DNA of 64,000 nucleotides from Thermodesulfobacteriota bacterium. Its GTDB lineage: Bacteria > Desulfobacterota_D > UBA1144 > Nemesobacterales > UBA2774. The stretch spans positions 2,496,001-2,560,000 of the forward strand of contig OZ244991.1 in NCBI GenBank assembly GCA_965223335.1. Reading direction: 5' to 3'. Positions within the stretch are counted from its first letter, which is position 1; each line of letters starts with the position of its first letter. The notes below the pieces were generated by a model. It was not told the origin of the DNA. It saw nothing but the letters and a program-made list of their open reading frames with translations, and made no database searches. The position numbers and the translations under genes were made by a program. Shown piece after piece: positions 49,994-59,220 of the stretch.

Positions 49994-50153
49994 TTCAAAT
50001 CACATTCTCCAACGTTGTGCAGGTGGTAGTTCCCTAATTAATTTTATACTTACCCATTGATTCATGCAATATTACTCATTTTAGCAAAATAGATTGCTAG
50101 GTCCCCCTCACCCAAAAATCTAATAAAATTCATGAGATCTACACAATTACGTA

Positions 50154-50182
50154 TTGACATCATTACGTAATGATGATATAAA
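50154..50182 (+). promoter_or_regulatory. Promoter containing the palindrome CATCATTACGTAATGATG
   Basis: -35 TTGACA 50154-50159, 17 bp, TATAAA 50177-50182; palindrome 50158-50175. Confidence 0.75.
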
Positions 50183-50229
50183 CATGATGTGGATAAAAAA
50201 AAATCGAGCAACGAGAAATCAAACAAGAG

Positions 50230-50367
50230 ATGCACCGTGGCTCACTCTATATACCTGTCACACTTTACGAGAAATTACGCCTATATGCCTTTCTTAAAAG
50301 GATTAGTCAGTCCAAGGTTATCGAACAAGCTATTGAAGAGTTCCTAGATAGGAACATGGGAGGATGA
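50230..50367 (+). CDS. Ribbon-helix-helix (CopG/ParG-like) protein, 45 aa, not in the ORF track
   Basis: Manual translation MHRGSLYIPVTLYEKLRLYAFLKRISQSKVIEQAIEEFLDRNMGG shows the RHH pattern (SLYIP strand; S.S..I..A...FL helix). Confidence 0.75.
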   Translation: MHRGSLYIPVTLYEKLRLYAFLKRISQSKVIEQAIEEFLDRNMGG

Positions 50368-50400
50368 AATAAGCAGAACAAGCTGAAGCAATACGCATTT

Positions 50401-50420
50401 ACATCATTACGTAATGATGT
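50401..50420. promoter_or_regulatory. Perfect 20-bp palindrome ACATCATTACGTAATGATGT upstream of the HicA-HicB fusion
   Basis: Core identical to 50158-50175. Confidence 0.8.
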
Positions 50421-50454
50421 TGTGACGTAAATACTTACTAGAGAGGATGGATGG

Positions 50455-50868
50455 ATGAAAATTAAAGAGGTCGTCAAGCTCCTAACACAAGAGAACGGTT
50501 GGTACCTTATACGGATGGAGGGTAGCCACCGCCAATTCAAGCTCCCCCGCCAAAAAGCACGCATAACAATCACATGCGATATGCACAAGGAACTCCCCGA
50601 TACACAGCTCGGCCTCATTCTAGACCATCAGTGCTCGTGCCTAAAGGACCACTACCCCATAGTTGTTGAAAAATCCACCAATTGCTACCTTGCCTATGCC
50701 CCCGACCTCCCCGGCTGTCTCAGTGTCGGTGAGACTGAGGACGAGGCCCGACACCTAGTACAAGAGGCTATCGCACTCCATCTGCAGGGGCTAAAGGAAG
50801 AAGGACTGCAAACCACACATCAGCTAATCGACGATCCTGAGTTCAATGAAGTAAAAACTGCCTCATAA
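50455..50868 (+). CDS. HicA toxin-like domain fused in frame to a HicB antitoxin-like domain
   Basis: N-terminal 'EVVKLL..NGW..IR.EGSHRQFK' (HicA); C-terminal 'YPIVVEK...Y.AY.PDLPGC.S.GET..EA.....EAI..HL' (HicB core); SD gagagga. Confidence 0.85.
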   Translation: MKIKEVVKLLTQENGWYLIRMEGSHRQFKLPRQKARITITCDMHKELPDTQLGLILDHQCSCLKDHYPIVVEKSTNCYLAYAPDLPGCLSVGETEDEARHLVQEAIALHLQGLKEEGLQTTHQLIDDPEFNEVKTAS

Positions 50869-51563
50869 CTAATGATATTTATTCATTAGGAGCCTACACC
50901 TATACGAGACCTATAACCCTACCCTTAAATTAATCACAACCAGTACCCTAGAAAGCAATTATCTTGCCAGCAAATCTATCCACAAAAAACCAATATATGT
51001 GTATTAACTGTGGATAAGGTGCTATTAATTCCAAAAACCCTTACACTTGATACTATTACTGCCTATAATTATTAGATTTTAAACATACGTATAAAAACAA
51101 ATGTTCAAACCCCCAACTAACTTCTCATTATCACTGACAATTTACATAAATCAGCACAATTTCAGGATATACCCTCTACATTAGCTATGCAATACAACTT
51201 GCTGTAATTACAGAATATATAATAAGATACTTTTTTTGATTCGCCTTTTTGATCGCTGAAAACCAAATTTTCAGCATATCCTAGTTAAAATCGATAAATA
51301 TATTACTCACTATTATCTAGAACTGATATTTTTTTGACTAATAAGATCGATAAAATAATAAAGCGGCTGCTTTATCATCCCATACACTCAAAATTCATTT
51401 TGTTAATAGATTGTGGACAGGTGTGAATAGACATCAACAGTAAAGACGACAGTTTATGAGGCTGTCCATGGTTCAGCATTCACGTTTAAGGTATATATTG
51501 TTGCATTGTACCATCATTTTGGATAAGATGATGTATAAAATATTAATGGGGAGGAGTATAACC

Positions 51564-53435
51564 ATGGGGACGTTATTAACAAACCGTTTCTTTTGTCTTT
51601 TTAGTATTATCGCCATAGCATTTTTCATATCAGCAGGTTGTAATCAGAACAAGAATAAGCCTAAAGAACCAAGTTCCACTACTGAAAAAACGTCAAATAC
51701 CGAGATAAACCCAGAAGTAAATGGCGCTACCGAGCAAAAAACCGCCAATACGATCTACAAAAACGGCAAAATCTATACAGTTAACGACCAACAGCCCTGG
51801 GCAGAGTCAATAGCTATCAAAGACGGCAAATTCATTGCTGTCGGTAGTAATGACGACGTTAACAAGCTAGCAGGCACGGGTACTGAGATAATCGATTTAG
51901 AAGGCAAGTTTGTCATGCCGGGTATCTTTGACTTGCATGTACATCCCTTCGCCACACCATTGTTTAATATGATAAACCTTGACTTCTCCGATCCCACAGA
52001 TCCCGACAAGATGCTCTCTGAGCTCAAGGAATTCGCCGATGCAAACCCCGATAAAAAGTGGATAAGAGCAGGGTCGTGGGGTGTGGGTGTGTTTCCAAAT
52101 AATAGCCCCACCAAGGAAATGTTGGACGAAATCATCCCCGACCGCCCTGTGGTATTAATAGATCAAACTGGTCATGCTTACTGGCTAAACTCCAAGGCAC
52201 TCGAACTCGCTAATATCACATCCGACACACCAACAGATGAGCTCTACATAATAGACAAGGACCCAAAAACAGGTGAACCCTCAGGTACCATACGCGAGAG
52301 CACTATGCGAATGGTTGAACAAGTCGCCGAACAGCCTAGCCTGGAAGAATATTACAAAGCTTTTTCAGACGTATTTCATGAATACAACCAAGAGGGTGTT
52401 ACCAGCATGCAAACCGCCGAGGGCAATACTGCATGGCTCGACGTTGTACAAGCTATGGAGAATAAGGGAGACCTCACAATGCGCCTCTATATAGGGTGGG
52501 ACTGGCATCTGCACTTAACCACTCCGTATACAAACGATGAGATGGACGAGCAGATTCTCAACCGCAGCAAATATGCTTCCGACATGGTTAAGCCCGACTT
52601 CGTTAAAATCTTTACCGACGGTACTCCAGACGGCTATGCTGTACCATTTTTAGAGCCCTACTCAGATGGATCTGGGAAATACGGTAAGGGCAAGTTGAGT
52701 CCAGAAGAGCTGAAAGAAATAGTCATAGGCTTTGACAAAGAGGGAGTAGGAGTGTTCATGCACGCTATTGGTGATGCGAGCGTGCGTGCAGCCCTAGACG
52801 CCATCGAGGCCGCGCGCAAGACTAATGGAGACACCGGTGTACGCCATAAAGTGGCTCATACAATGTTGGTCCATCCCGATGACCTACCCCGCTTTTCCAG
52901 TATACCGGGTGTAGCAGTAGAGATATCCCCGGCTGTCACATATCCCCTACCTGCGTTTGAAGGCTATATCCCGCTTATTGGAGAAGAACGATACAACCGA
53001 ATATATGCTGCGGGGTCGCTAATGAAATCCGGGGCTCGCGTAGGCTATGGCAGTGATTGGCTCACAATGATCCCACCCAGTCCGTGGATGCCTATGCAGG
53101 GGTTTGTAACCCGAACTAATCCTAAGATGCCAGAGAAAGGGGAATTAGGCAAAAACGAGACACTCTCGGTAGAACAGGTAATAAAAGTATTCACGTTAAA
53201 CGGGGCTTATGCCGTGGGAGTAGATGACAAACTGGGCTCGATAGAAGTGGGCAAATTGGCCGACATGATTGTACTTGATCATAATCTCTTTCAGATCAAA
53301 CCCACGGATATTCGAAACACCCAGGTACTCAGAACCGTGCTAGGCGGTAAGGTTGTTTACGAAAGAGCTAAGGACAAAGAGTTAAACATCATTGACGAAG
53401 AGGACTATGAAAAATCCCGCAGGATTGTGCACTGA
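51564..53435 (+). CDS. Amidohydrolase 3 (YtcJ-like) lipoprotein, paralog of 17938-19824
   Basis: SD gaggag; lipobox SAGC; 'PGIFDLHVH', 'KIFTDG', 'HAIGD', 'GSDW'. Confidence 0.9.
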   Translation: MGTLLTNRFFCLFSIIAIAFFISAGCNQNKNKPKEPSSTTEKTSNTEINPEVNGATEQKTANTIYKNGKIYTVNDQQPWAESIAIKDGKFIAVGSNDDVNKLAGTGTEIIDLEGKFVMPGIFDLHVHPFATPLFNMINLDFSDPTDPDKMLSELKEFADANPDKKWIRAGSWGVGVFPNNSPTKEMLDEIIPDRPVVLIDQTGHAYWLNSKALELANITSDTPTDELYIIDKDPKTGEPSGTIRESTMRMVEQVAEQPSLEEYYKAFSDVFHEYNQEGVTSMQTAEGNTAWLDVVQAMENKGDLTMRLYIGWDWHLHLTTPYTNDEMDEQILNRSKYASDMVKPDFVKIFTDGTPDGYAVPFLEPYSDGSGKYGKGKLSPEELKEIVIGFDKEGVGVFMHAIGDASVRAALDAIEAARKTNGDTGVRHKVAHTMLVHPDDLPRFSSIPGVAVEISPAVTYPLPAFEGYIPLIGEERYNRIYAAGSLMKSGARVGYGSDWLTMIPPSPWMPMQGFVTRTNPKMPEKGELGKNETLSVEQVIKVFTLNGAYAVGVDDKLGSIEVGKLADMIVLDHNLFQIKPTDIRNTQVLRTVLGGKVVYERAKDKELNIIDEEDYEKSRRIVH

Positions 53436-53688
53436 GAAAATATTCTATCTATTCGGCTGTTCTCAGAACTAAATTGCGGGAAATACTGCTTTTTCTAAGC
53501 CATATATATGTATATTTTCTGATATAACCAACAAAATCTGATAACTAGGAGTATAATTACTTTATCGGTTTGCTGCGGGATGGGACCATTAGTCGACTAC
53601 TTGTAATACTTCTAATTCTACATTAAAATGGATTCCCTACTTCGCAACATATAGTTACTCACCGTAATACCATGTCTGGGAGGACGTT

Positions 53689-53952
53689 TTGAGGATGGAG
53701 AAAGAGGTACAAGACACCAACAACAATCAAATTAAAGATATATTCGACGAAGACCCCAAAAGCCAGTTGCTATTCGATCTATTGCGGACCTGCGTGTCTC
53801 AGCGCATACAGATCCAGGCACTCGAGAACCTGCTCATAGAAAACGGGGTAGTAGACCCGGAAAAGCTCAAAGAACACTATAAAGACCTGCTAGTTAACTC
53901 CGCCGACGACATTATCAACGAGATAATCAACAGATTCGGCAAAGCAGATTAA
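53689..53952 (+). CDS. Small acidic hypothetical protein
   Basis: SD ggagga; 'ALENLLIENGVV' helical pattern. Confidence 0.65.
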   Translation: MRMEKEVQDTNNNQIKDIFDEDPKSQLLFDLLRTCVSQRIQIQALENLLIENGVVDPEKLKEHYKDLLVNSADDIINEIINRFGKAD

Positions 53953-54101
53953 TATACAATCAAATAATTCTAATCAACTTCACTTGTAACTGTCGGTAAA
54001 AACTAATATAATATCCTACAACATATTCTAGGAGAGACTCTCAATCTAACTCACAAGTTCTCAACACACAACTAAAACTAAATCGGCGAGGAACACTCTT
54101 C

Positions 54102-54296
54102 ATGAACACATGCCCCCACTGCAACTCTCGTATTAACCCCGAAGCGCCCAGATGCCCAAACTGCCACAAGCCCCTGGACCCTGTTCCCCAAATGCCTACT
54201 AAACGCGATGCCACAATCATATTTATAATGGTCCTTATCGCATCCGTACTAGGTCTGGTCACAATGTTTTTGCTATCTATACAGTTCGACAATTAG
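54102..54296 (+). CDS. Zinc-ribbon membrane protein
   Basis: CPHC...CPNC followed by one TM helix. Confidence 0.7.
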   Translation: MNTCPHCNSRINPEAPRCPNCHKPLDPVPQMPTKRDATIIFIMVLIASVLGLVTMFLLSIQFDN

Positions 54297-54543
54297 TACT
54301 CACATCGTATTGTGTAACACAATCTAACTTCCAAAAATAGTTCATATATACGTACAAAATACGTAATTCTCCGTCCATATTCCTTCAGCCATTAAGTCAG
54401 CACTCTTATATTATTCAATGATATCAGTAAGTTGCTACGATAACCACAAGCAACACAAAATGGTATAAAATTTGCATAATTATTCATTGAATACAATTTG
54501 TAGAGGTCAACAAAGTAAATATATTACTTGCGAGGAACTAGTT

Positions 54544-54960
54544 ATGCATAGATTGATATTAACCGCATTAGTACTGATAGTAGGGCTTGGTATTGCTTGT
54601 GCCCCCAAATCCACCGACTTAATGAAAGCAACAACAAAGAGCAACAATGTATATGAAGAGATCGCGCCTCAAGTACAGTATGCGCTAGACATGGCTGGCT
54701 CAGATACCAAGAAAAAAGAGCAACTACTCAAGATACAACACAAACTCGACAATTTTGTTGTAGCTCGTGATCAATGCATGGCCGATATGAAGGTTTGGGA
54801 CGAGACCGGCACTCCTCCTCCCGACACCCGTGCAAACTTCGAGACAATGAAAAAAGAGATCACAGACGCAGTCGTAATGTCGCATGCTGTCTACATCTAC
54901 CATAGCGAGTGCTCAGCCACGACTGCTATAAAGGGTAAAGCCGGCAACAGCTGTCAATAA
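54544..54960 (+). CDS. Hypothetical lipoprotein
   Basis: Lipobox GIAC; RBS gagga. Confidence 0.65.
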   Translation: MHRLILTALVLIVGLGIACAPKSTDLMKATTKSNNVYEEIAPQVQYALDMAGSDTKKKEQLLKIQHKLDNFVVARDQCMADMKVWDETGTPPPDTRANFETMKKEITDAVVMSHAVYIYHSECSATTAIKGKAGNSCQ

Positions 54961-55111
54961 AATCTTATCAGCCGAGCATATCCGCCCCACCCTACGCGCA
55001 GGTTATATGCGATACCGGCTACGTTTAGATAACTTTTATGTGAGGTCATGTTGAGCCCGAGACTATTGACGTTGTCTACCTTACTATCTTTGTGGTCGCG
55101 ACCACAAACCC

Positions 55112-56173
55112 CTAGGGGTCGTCTTCACCGTCACAGCCCACAGCCCTCATCGAACACGTGGAGGGATCAGACCCCTTCATGCATAGTGTCATAAAATAGG
55201 TACACATGCTGTGATCCTCTTCGATATCGGATTTGTTATCAAATCCATACTCCGCCAGGTCCCCGGCGATCGTAGCCTGGTCGCACATAGCCTTTGTGAA
55301 ATCAGGAAGCGGGGGCAACGTCACACCAAATGTAATCTGGTGCTCGTTCGCCGTGTGTACATACATTAGATCGGTGCAGTCCAATCCAAGCGGGGGCAGT
55401 TTGGGTACCAGGTCATTGGTGTTCACCACGCGCCAGCTCACATGATCGGCGTCATACTCGGCCTCGTAAGCACTGGTGAAATCGCTGTTGCCCACACCCG
55501 GGCCCGCAAAGTTATACATGGTTACGGATTTTATAGTTGTGTTCTGGGTAAGGTCCGGAAACGCAAGCACAGCAACCGCAGCACCCAGGCTATGCCCTGT
55601 GATATATAGAGTGTCATAGCTTCCGGTTTTGATCAGTTCATCGAGCTCTGTGATAATATCCCCCTCTATAGGGTTTGCATCTGAGCCCTCATATGTTTCC
55701 TGAAACCCACCCGACACCTTCCCTCCCATGGGGATGAACTTATAGTCCTCCTGCTCCACGGCTAAATCACTAAGTGCATCCGCTACATTGGCCGTGCCCC
55801 TAAATACGAGGTAGATGCTGGAACCCTCGGTGGCTATAAACGCAATTGGGATAACACCCGAGTCGTCTTTGCATGTATCGTTAAAAAAACTGTTCACGCC
55901 CTCGAATATTACCTTTTCGAGTTTGTACGGAGAAGGCACCGTTATAGCGCTTTTGCCTGTATTTATGCACTGTAGTCGCTGTTCATATGCTACCAGGCTC
56001 AGCTCCCCAAGCTCAATCGCGAGCTCGAGGTTAAAGACCCCGGTCTCTACCTCCTCCTCTTCTCCCGGCAGGGGCTCTGTCCCTCCCCCACTGTTGTTAT
56101 TGTTACAGCCCCCGGCCACTGCAAACGAAACAAGTATTAGAAAAAATATCGAAAAAGCCTTATTAATTGTCAT
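55112..56173 (-). CDS. Lipase class 3 family lipoprotein
   Basis: 'LVFRGT', nucleophile elbow GHSLG, 'DLVP.LPP', C-terminal 'DHSM'; lipobox AGGC. Confidence 0.88.
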   Translation of the reverse strand: MTINKAFSIFFLILVSFAVAGGCNNNNSGGGTEPLPGEEEEVETGVFNLELAIELGELSLVAYEQRLQCINTGKSAITVPSPYKLEKVIFEGVNSFFNDTCKDDSGVIPIAFIATEGSSIYLVFRGTANVADALSDLAVEQEDYKFIPMGGKVSGGFQETYEGSDANPIEGDIITELDELIKTGSYDTLYITGHSLGAAVAVLAFPDLTQNTTIKSVTMYNFAGPGVGNSDFTSAYEAEYDADHVSWRVVNTNDLVPKLPPLGLDCTDLMYVHTANEHQITFGVTLPPLPDFTKAMCDQATIAGDLAEYGFDNKSDIEEDHSMCTYFMTLCMKGSDPSTCSMRAVGCDGEDDP

Positions 56174-56339
56174 GGTTTCTCCTTTGTCTTGCTATCGAGG
56201 TTATATTAAGTTTACCAGCGATCTGCAAGAGAAGGTGCAAATTTTATCATCGCCACTTTTAGCGTTCTATACACAGTGCTGTCAGGTAGGCTACGGCCGA
56301 GATCGGGGACTCTGGCCGTGGCTTCATTGTGTAAGTGGT

Positions 56340-57809
56340 TTAATCCCTGTAGCCGTACTTACCCCAATTCTCCATCACTCGGTTTTTAATTTCCTCAGGA
56401 TAGCCGTACTCAAAGCTGGCAATGTGAGAGCGGTCAAAATCCGGGAGTAGCCCGTTGTATACTACTTTGGTACTGCTCGTGTCCTTTTTCTCAACTTTTG
56501 TAAGATAGTGGATAAGCGGCATAGTTCTTTGGTGTTGGTAGAGGTGAGCGTCCTTGTCCGGGTGGCAGCGTGTGGCAAACGCCCATACGACCTGATTCAC
56601 ATCGCTCGGGTCAATATCGTCGTCAAGCAGTATAACCTTGGGTATGTCTATTCCGGGCTTACTCTTGAATATAATATCCTTCGCATCATGTGCGAGGTTT
56701 TTGGCACTTTCCAACGTGTGGTGCTGTCGGTCCACAGTGACCACAAGCCAGTGCACAGCGCTCTCAAGCAAGCAAAAGCAGCTCGCCGCGGGGAAGTTAT
56801 GGCGTCGGAGCTCGGCCAGTATCGCAGCTGAATACATGGTGCCACAACACGTGTGTGTGTCCTCGACCGGTACCCCAGCAGCAACTATCGGGAGTATCGG
56901 GTCGTTTCTATGCGTTATGGCCGAGATGTGATACACGGGCTCGTGCTCGGGCTCGCCAATGTACCCGGCAAACTCACCCATAGGCCCCTCGCTCACCGTC
57001 TCGGTGTTAGATATATGCCCCTCTATTACAATCTCACAGGTCGCAGGCACTTTTAGGTCCACGGTCTTACAGTCCACCAACTCGATCGGCTCGCCAAAAT
57101 GCGCCCCCAGCACCCCAGCCTCGTCCACCCCCTGGTTGATAGGCATGCCCGAGAACATGGGCACAGCCGGCTCACATCCGAGTGCTATTGCAAAGGGCAT
57201 AGGCTTGCTAATCTCCTGCCACATGCTCCGTATAATGCCCAAATGCTGCTGCGGGGGCACAAGCCCCGTCATACGGTTTTTATCCAGCACCATTACCCTG
57301 TTTATGGACCAGTTCGTCCAAGATTTATCAGGTGTCTGGGCGACTATCGTACCCCAGGTGTTTATGTACCGCCCACCGTCACCGCCGTGAATGAGTGGCA
57401 CGGGGAATTTCATGATGTCTATATCATCCCCCATCATCACATTCTCCTGACACACTCCCTGGTCAACTGTTATCGGGGGTATGGGTTTTTTCTCGAGTGC
57501 ATCTGCAATTGTGTTTATGATTTCGACTGCACCTGTAGTGGGCGAAAAACCGAGTGAGATGGCAATACGCGCAAATTTAAGCCCGCGCTGGCTGCTTAAC
57601 CCTGCCGAAGCGCCCAGAATCCTAAACCCTTTTTCACTATCCTTTATTGTATTGAACAACGGTGCAGGGGCACCCAGGTCGTAGGCCCTCCTAAGTACCG
57701 CACCCACCTCAAGTTCCCAGTCCACCTCAACATCAATCTCGTTTAGCTCCCCAAGGCCCTCAAGCCTCTTGATATAATCTCTTAGATCCTTTATCCGCTT
57801 CATACTCAC
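56340..57809 (-). CDS. UbiD family prFMN-dependent decarboxylase (Fdc1/HudA-like)
   Basis: 'P.IH.GDGGRY', 'WTNWSI.R', 'EGPMGEF.GY', 'WAFATRCHP'. Confidence 0.9.
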   Translation of the reverse strand: MSMKRIKDLRDYIKRLEGLGELNEIDVEVDWELEVGAVLRRAYDLGAPAPLFNTIKDSEKGFRILGASAGLSSQRGLKFARIAISLGFSPTTGAVEIINTIADALEKKPIPPITVDQGVCQENVMMGDDIDIMKFPVPLIHGGDGGRYINTWGTIVAQTPDKSWTNWSINRVMVLDKNRMTGLVPPQQHLGIIRSMWQEISKPMPFAIALGCEPAVPMFSGMPINQGVDEAGVLGAHFGEPIELVDCKTVDLKVPATCEIVIEGHISNTETVSEGPMGEFAGYIGEPEHEPVYHISAITHRNDPILPIVAAGVPVEDTHTCCGTMYSAAILAELRRHNFPAASCFCLLESAVHWLVVTVDRQHHTLESAKNLAHDAKDIIFKSKPGIDIPKVILLDDDIDPSDVNQVVWAFATRCHPDKDAHLYQHQRTMPLIHYLTKVEKKDTSSTKVVYNGLLPDFDRSHIASFEYGYPEEIKNRVMENWGKYGYRD

Positions 57810-57813
57810 TCCC

Positions 57814-59217
57814 CTACTGTTTGTTGGTTTTATTTTTTTTCATCTTTCTTATATACCGGATTATTTCCTCGCCGCCCTCACCCGGCCATTCCCAGTCAAA
57901 CAGCGTGATTTTTGTAACAGGCACGGCATCGTCCCCAAACACAAGCACTGCTCGCATCCCGTCCGACCACCACGGCTGGTCCATAAAATTGCGCTCGGGC
58001 TCAGCCCGTGATGATACCGGCACTCCACTTATATAACCCAGCTTTACCACCCCGCCTGAAAACATCATATCCTGCTCCAGGTACTTCCTGGCCTCGTCCA
58101 GGTTGGGGTCTATCGCGTGGGCTGTGAGCCATGGGGTTTTAAGCGTTATGTACGATCCCACATCGCGGCTAATCGCCCCTATCCAGACCTCCTTACCTTT
58201 GTAACGCATCGGCAAGAGCCACATCCTCAAATGGTTGCGTTCGTGTATGGTGGATCTGGCCTTTTGCAGTCCTATGTCCTGCGGGCGGTTCATAAAAAAG
58301 AGACTGCTCATGGGTGAGGTCCTGTATCTCTTGTGCGAGAAAAACGCCTTAAACGACCTCCATCCCGAGCCCACGTTAATAGTTTCTGTCACATCCCACC
58401 CTCGTCGTATAAAGGCCGAGAACACATCCGGTCGGTCACCGATGATTATGAAATTGAGCGGGTCGTTCTGCCCCGACCCGTCCCTCCTCGATGTACAACA
58501 CGTAAGCCCCTCGAGCGCTGCCCTCAACTCCACCTCTGTTTCGTAATCTGCTATCTCGTCCTCATTGTAGAGGTTATCAAAATCCACTCTCTGGTAATCG
58601 GTCCTTAGCCCCGGTATCTCAAAATAAAACACAAAATTCTCGTCAATATGGTCACCGTACACCGTGACGTTCACATACTTCACACCCGGGTCCCAAGTGG
58701 TGTGTATAAACCCGCTCAGCTCACCCCCGGGGGCAACCTCGCGCTCAAGGGCGTTCTCATCAAAGTACCGGTTGATAATCTCATTCACCGGGCTCGCAGG
58801 TCTATAGTTCATGTACGAGGCTTCGTTCGGCGAAAAATAACCCGGGTCTACCGACACATGCAACACCCTCACCGGATAGTTGTTCGTATTGTGTATCTCT
58901 ATCCAAAGGGGTTGAATCCCATACCTGGCCAGGTTCACACCAAATACCTTTCTGCTTTGCTCATCGCTTAAGACCGATGCCGTCACCTCTATTCCACCCT
59001 CAGTCTCGGTCTTTGAATTCACACGTATGGGCACTTCCGCAAGAGGATCAGATGCGGGCGAGTACACCCTGCAACCCCTCTGGGGAGGCACCCCGTAGAC
59101 CCCAGTCTCGTGTTCTGTCTGGCTCCCACAGTATGTCCCGCAGCCTGTCACCGGGATTACTAGCAATGAGACAACCCATAGATACTGCATGACGAGTTTA
59201 GTAGACATTCCTTTCAT
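57814..59217 (-). CDS. LssY C-terminal domain lipoprotein
   Basis: Lipobox VTGC; 'DPLN..IIG', 'R.QDIG.QK.R', 'RNHLRMW', 'H.IDP..DE.R'. Confidence 0.75.
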   Translation of the reverse strand: MKGMSTKLVMQYLWVVSLLVIPVTGCGTYCGSQTEHETGVYGVPPQRGCRVYSPASDPLAEVPIRVNSKTETEGGIEVTASVLSDEQSRKVFGVNLARYGIQPLWIEIHNTNNYPVRVLHVSVDPGYFSPNEASYMNYRPASPVNEIINRYFDENALEREVAPGGELSGFIHTTWDPGVKYVNVTVYGDHIDENFVFYFEIPGLRTDYQRVDFDNLYNEDEIADYETEVELRAALEGLTCCTSRRDGSGQNDPLNFIIIGDRPDVFSAFIRRGWDVTETINVGSGWRSFKAFFSHKRYRTSPMSSLFFMNRPQDIGLQKARSTIHERNHLRMWLLPMRYKGKEVWIGAISRDVGSYITLKTPWLTAHAIDPNLDEARKYLEQDMMFSGGVVKLGYISGVPVSSRAEPERNFMDQPWWSDGMRAVLVFGDDAVPVTKITLFDWEWPGEGGEEIIRYIRKMKKNKTNKQ

Positions 59218-59220
59218 AAC

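Noticed and set aside
45900..50020. Integron cassette array (GTTAGGC just after the TPR stop at 49020-49014; GTTGGAG before the TPR start, minus strand)
   Set aside because: No paired RYYYAAC...GTTRRRY attC hairpins in the spacers and no integrase; isolated heptamers can arise by chance.
50307..50618. Minus-strand 103-aa ORF across the RHH/HicAB region
   Set aside because: Antisense to two genes with clear family motifs and no recognisable features of its own.
50869..51563. Chromosomal oriC
   Set aside because: Few boxes, no dnaA/dnaN/gidA neighbours and no visible change in strand skew; kept only as a weak DnaA-box finding.
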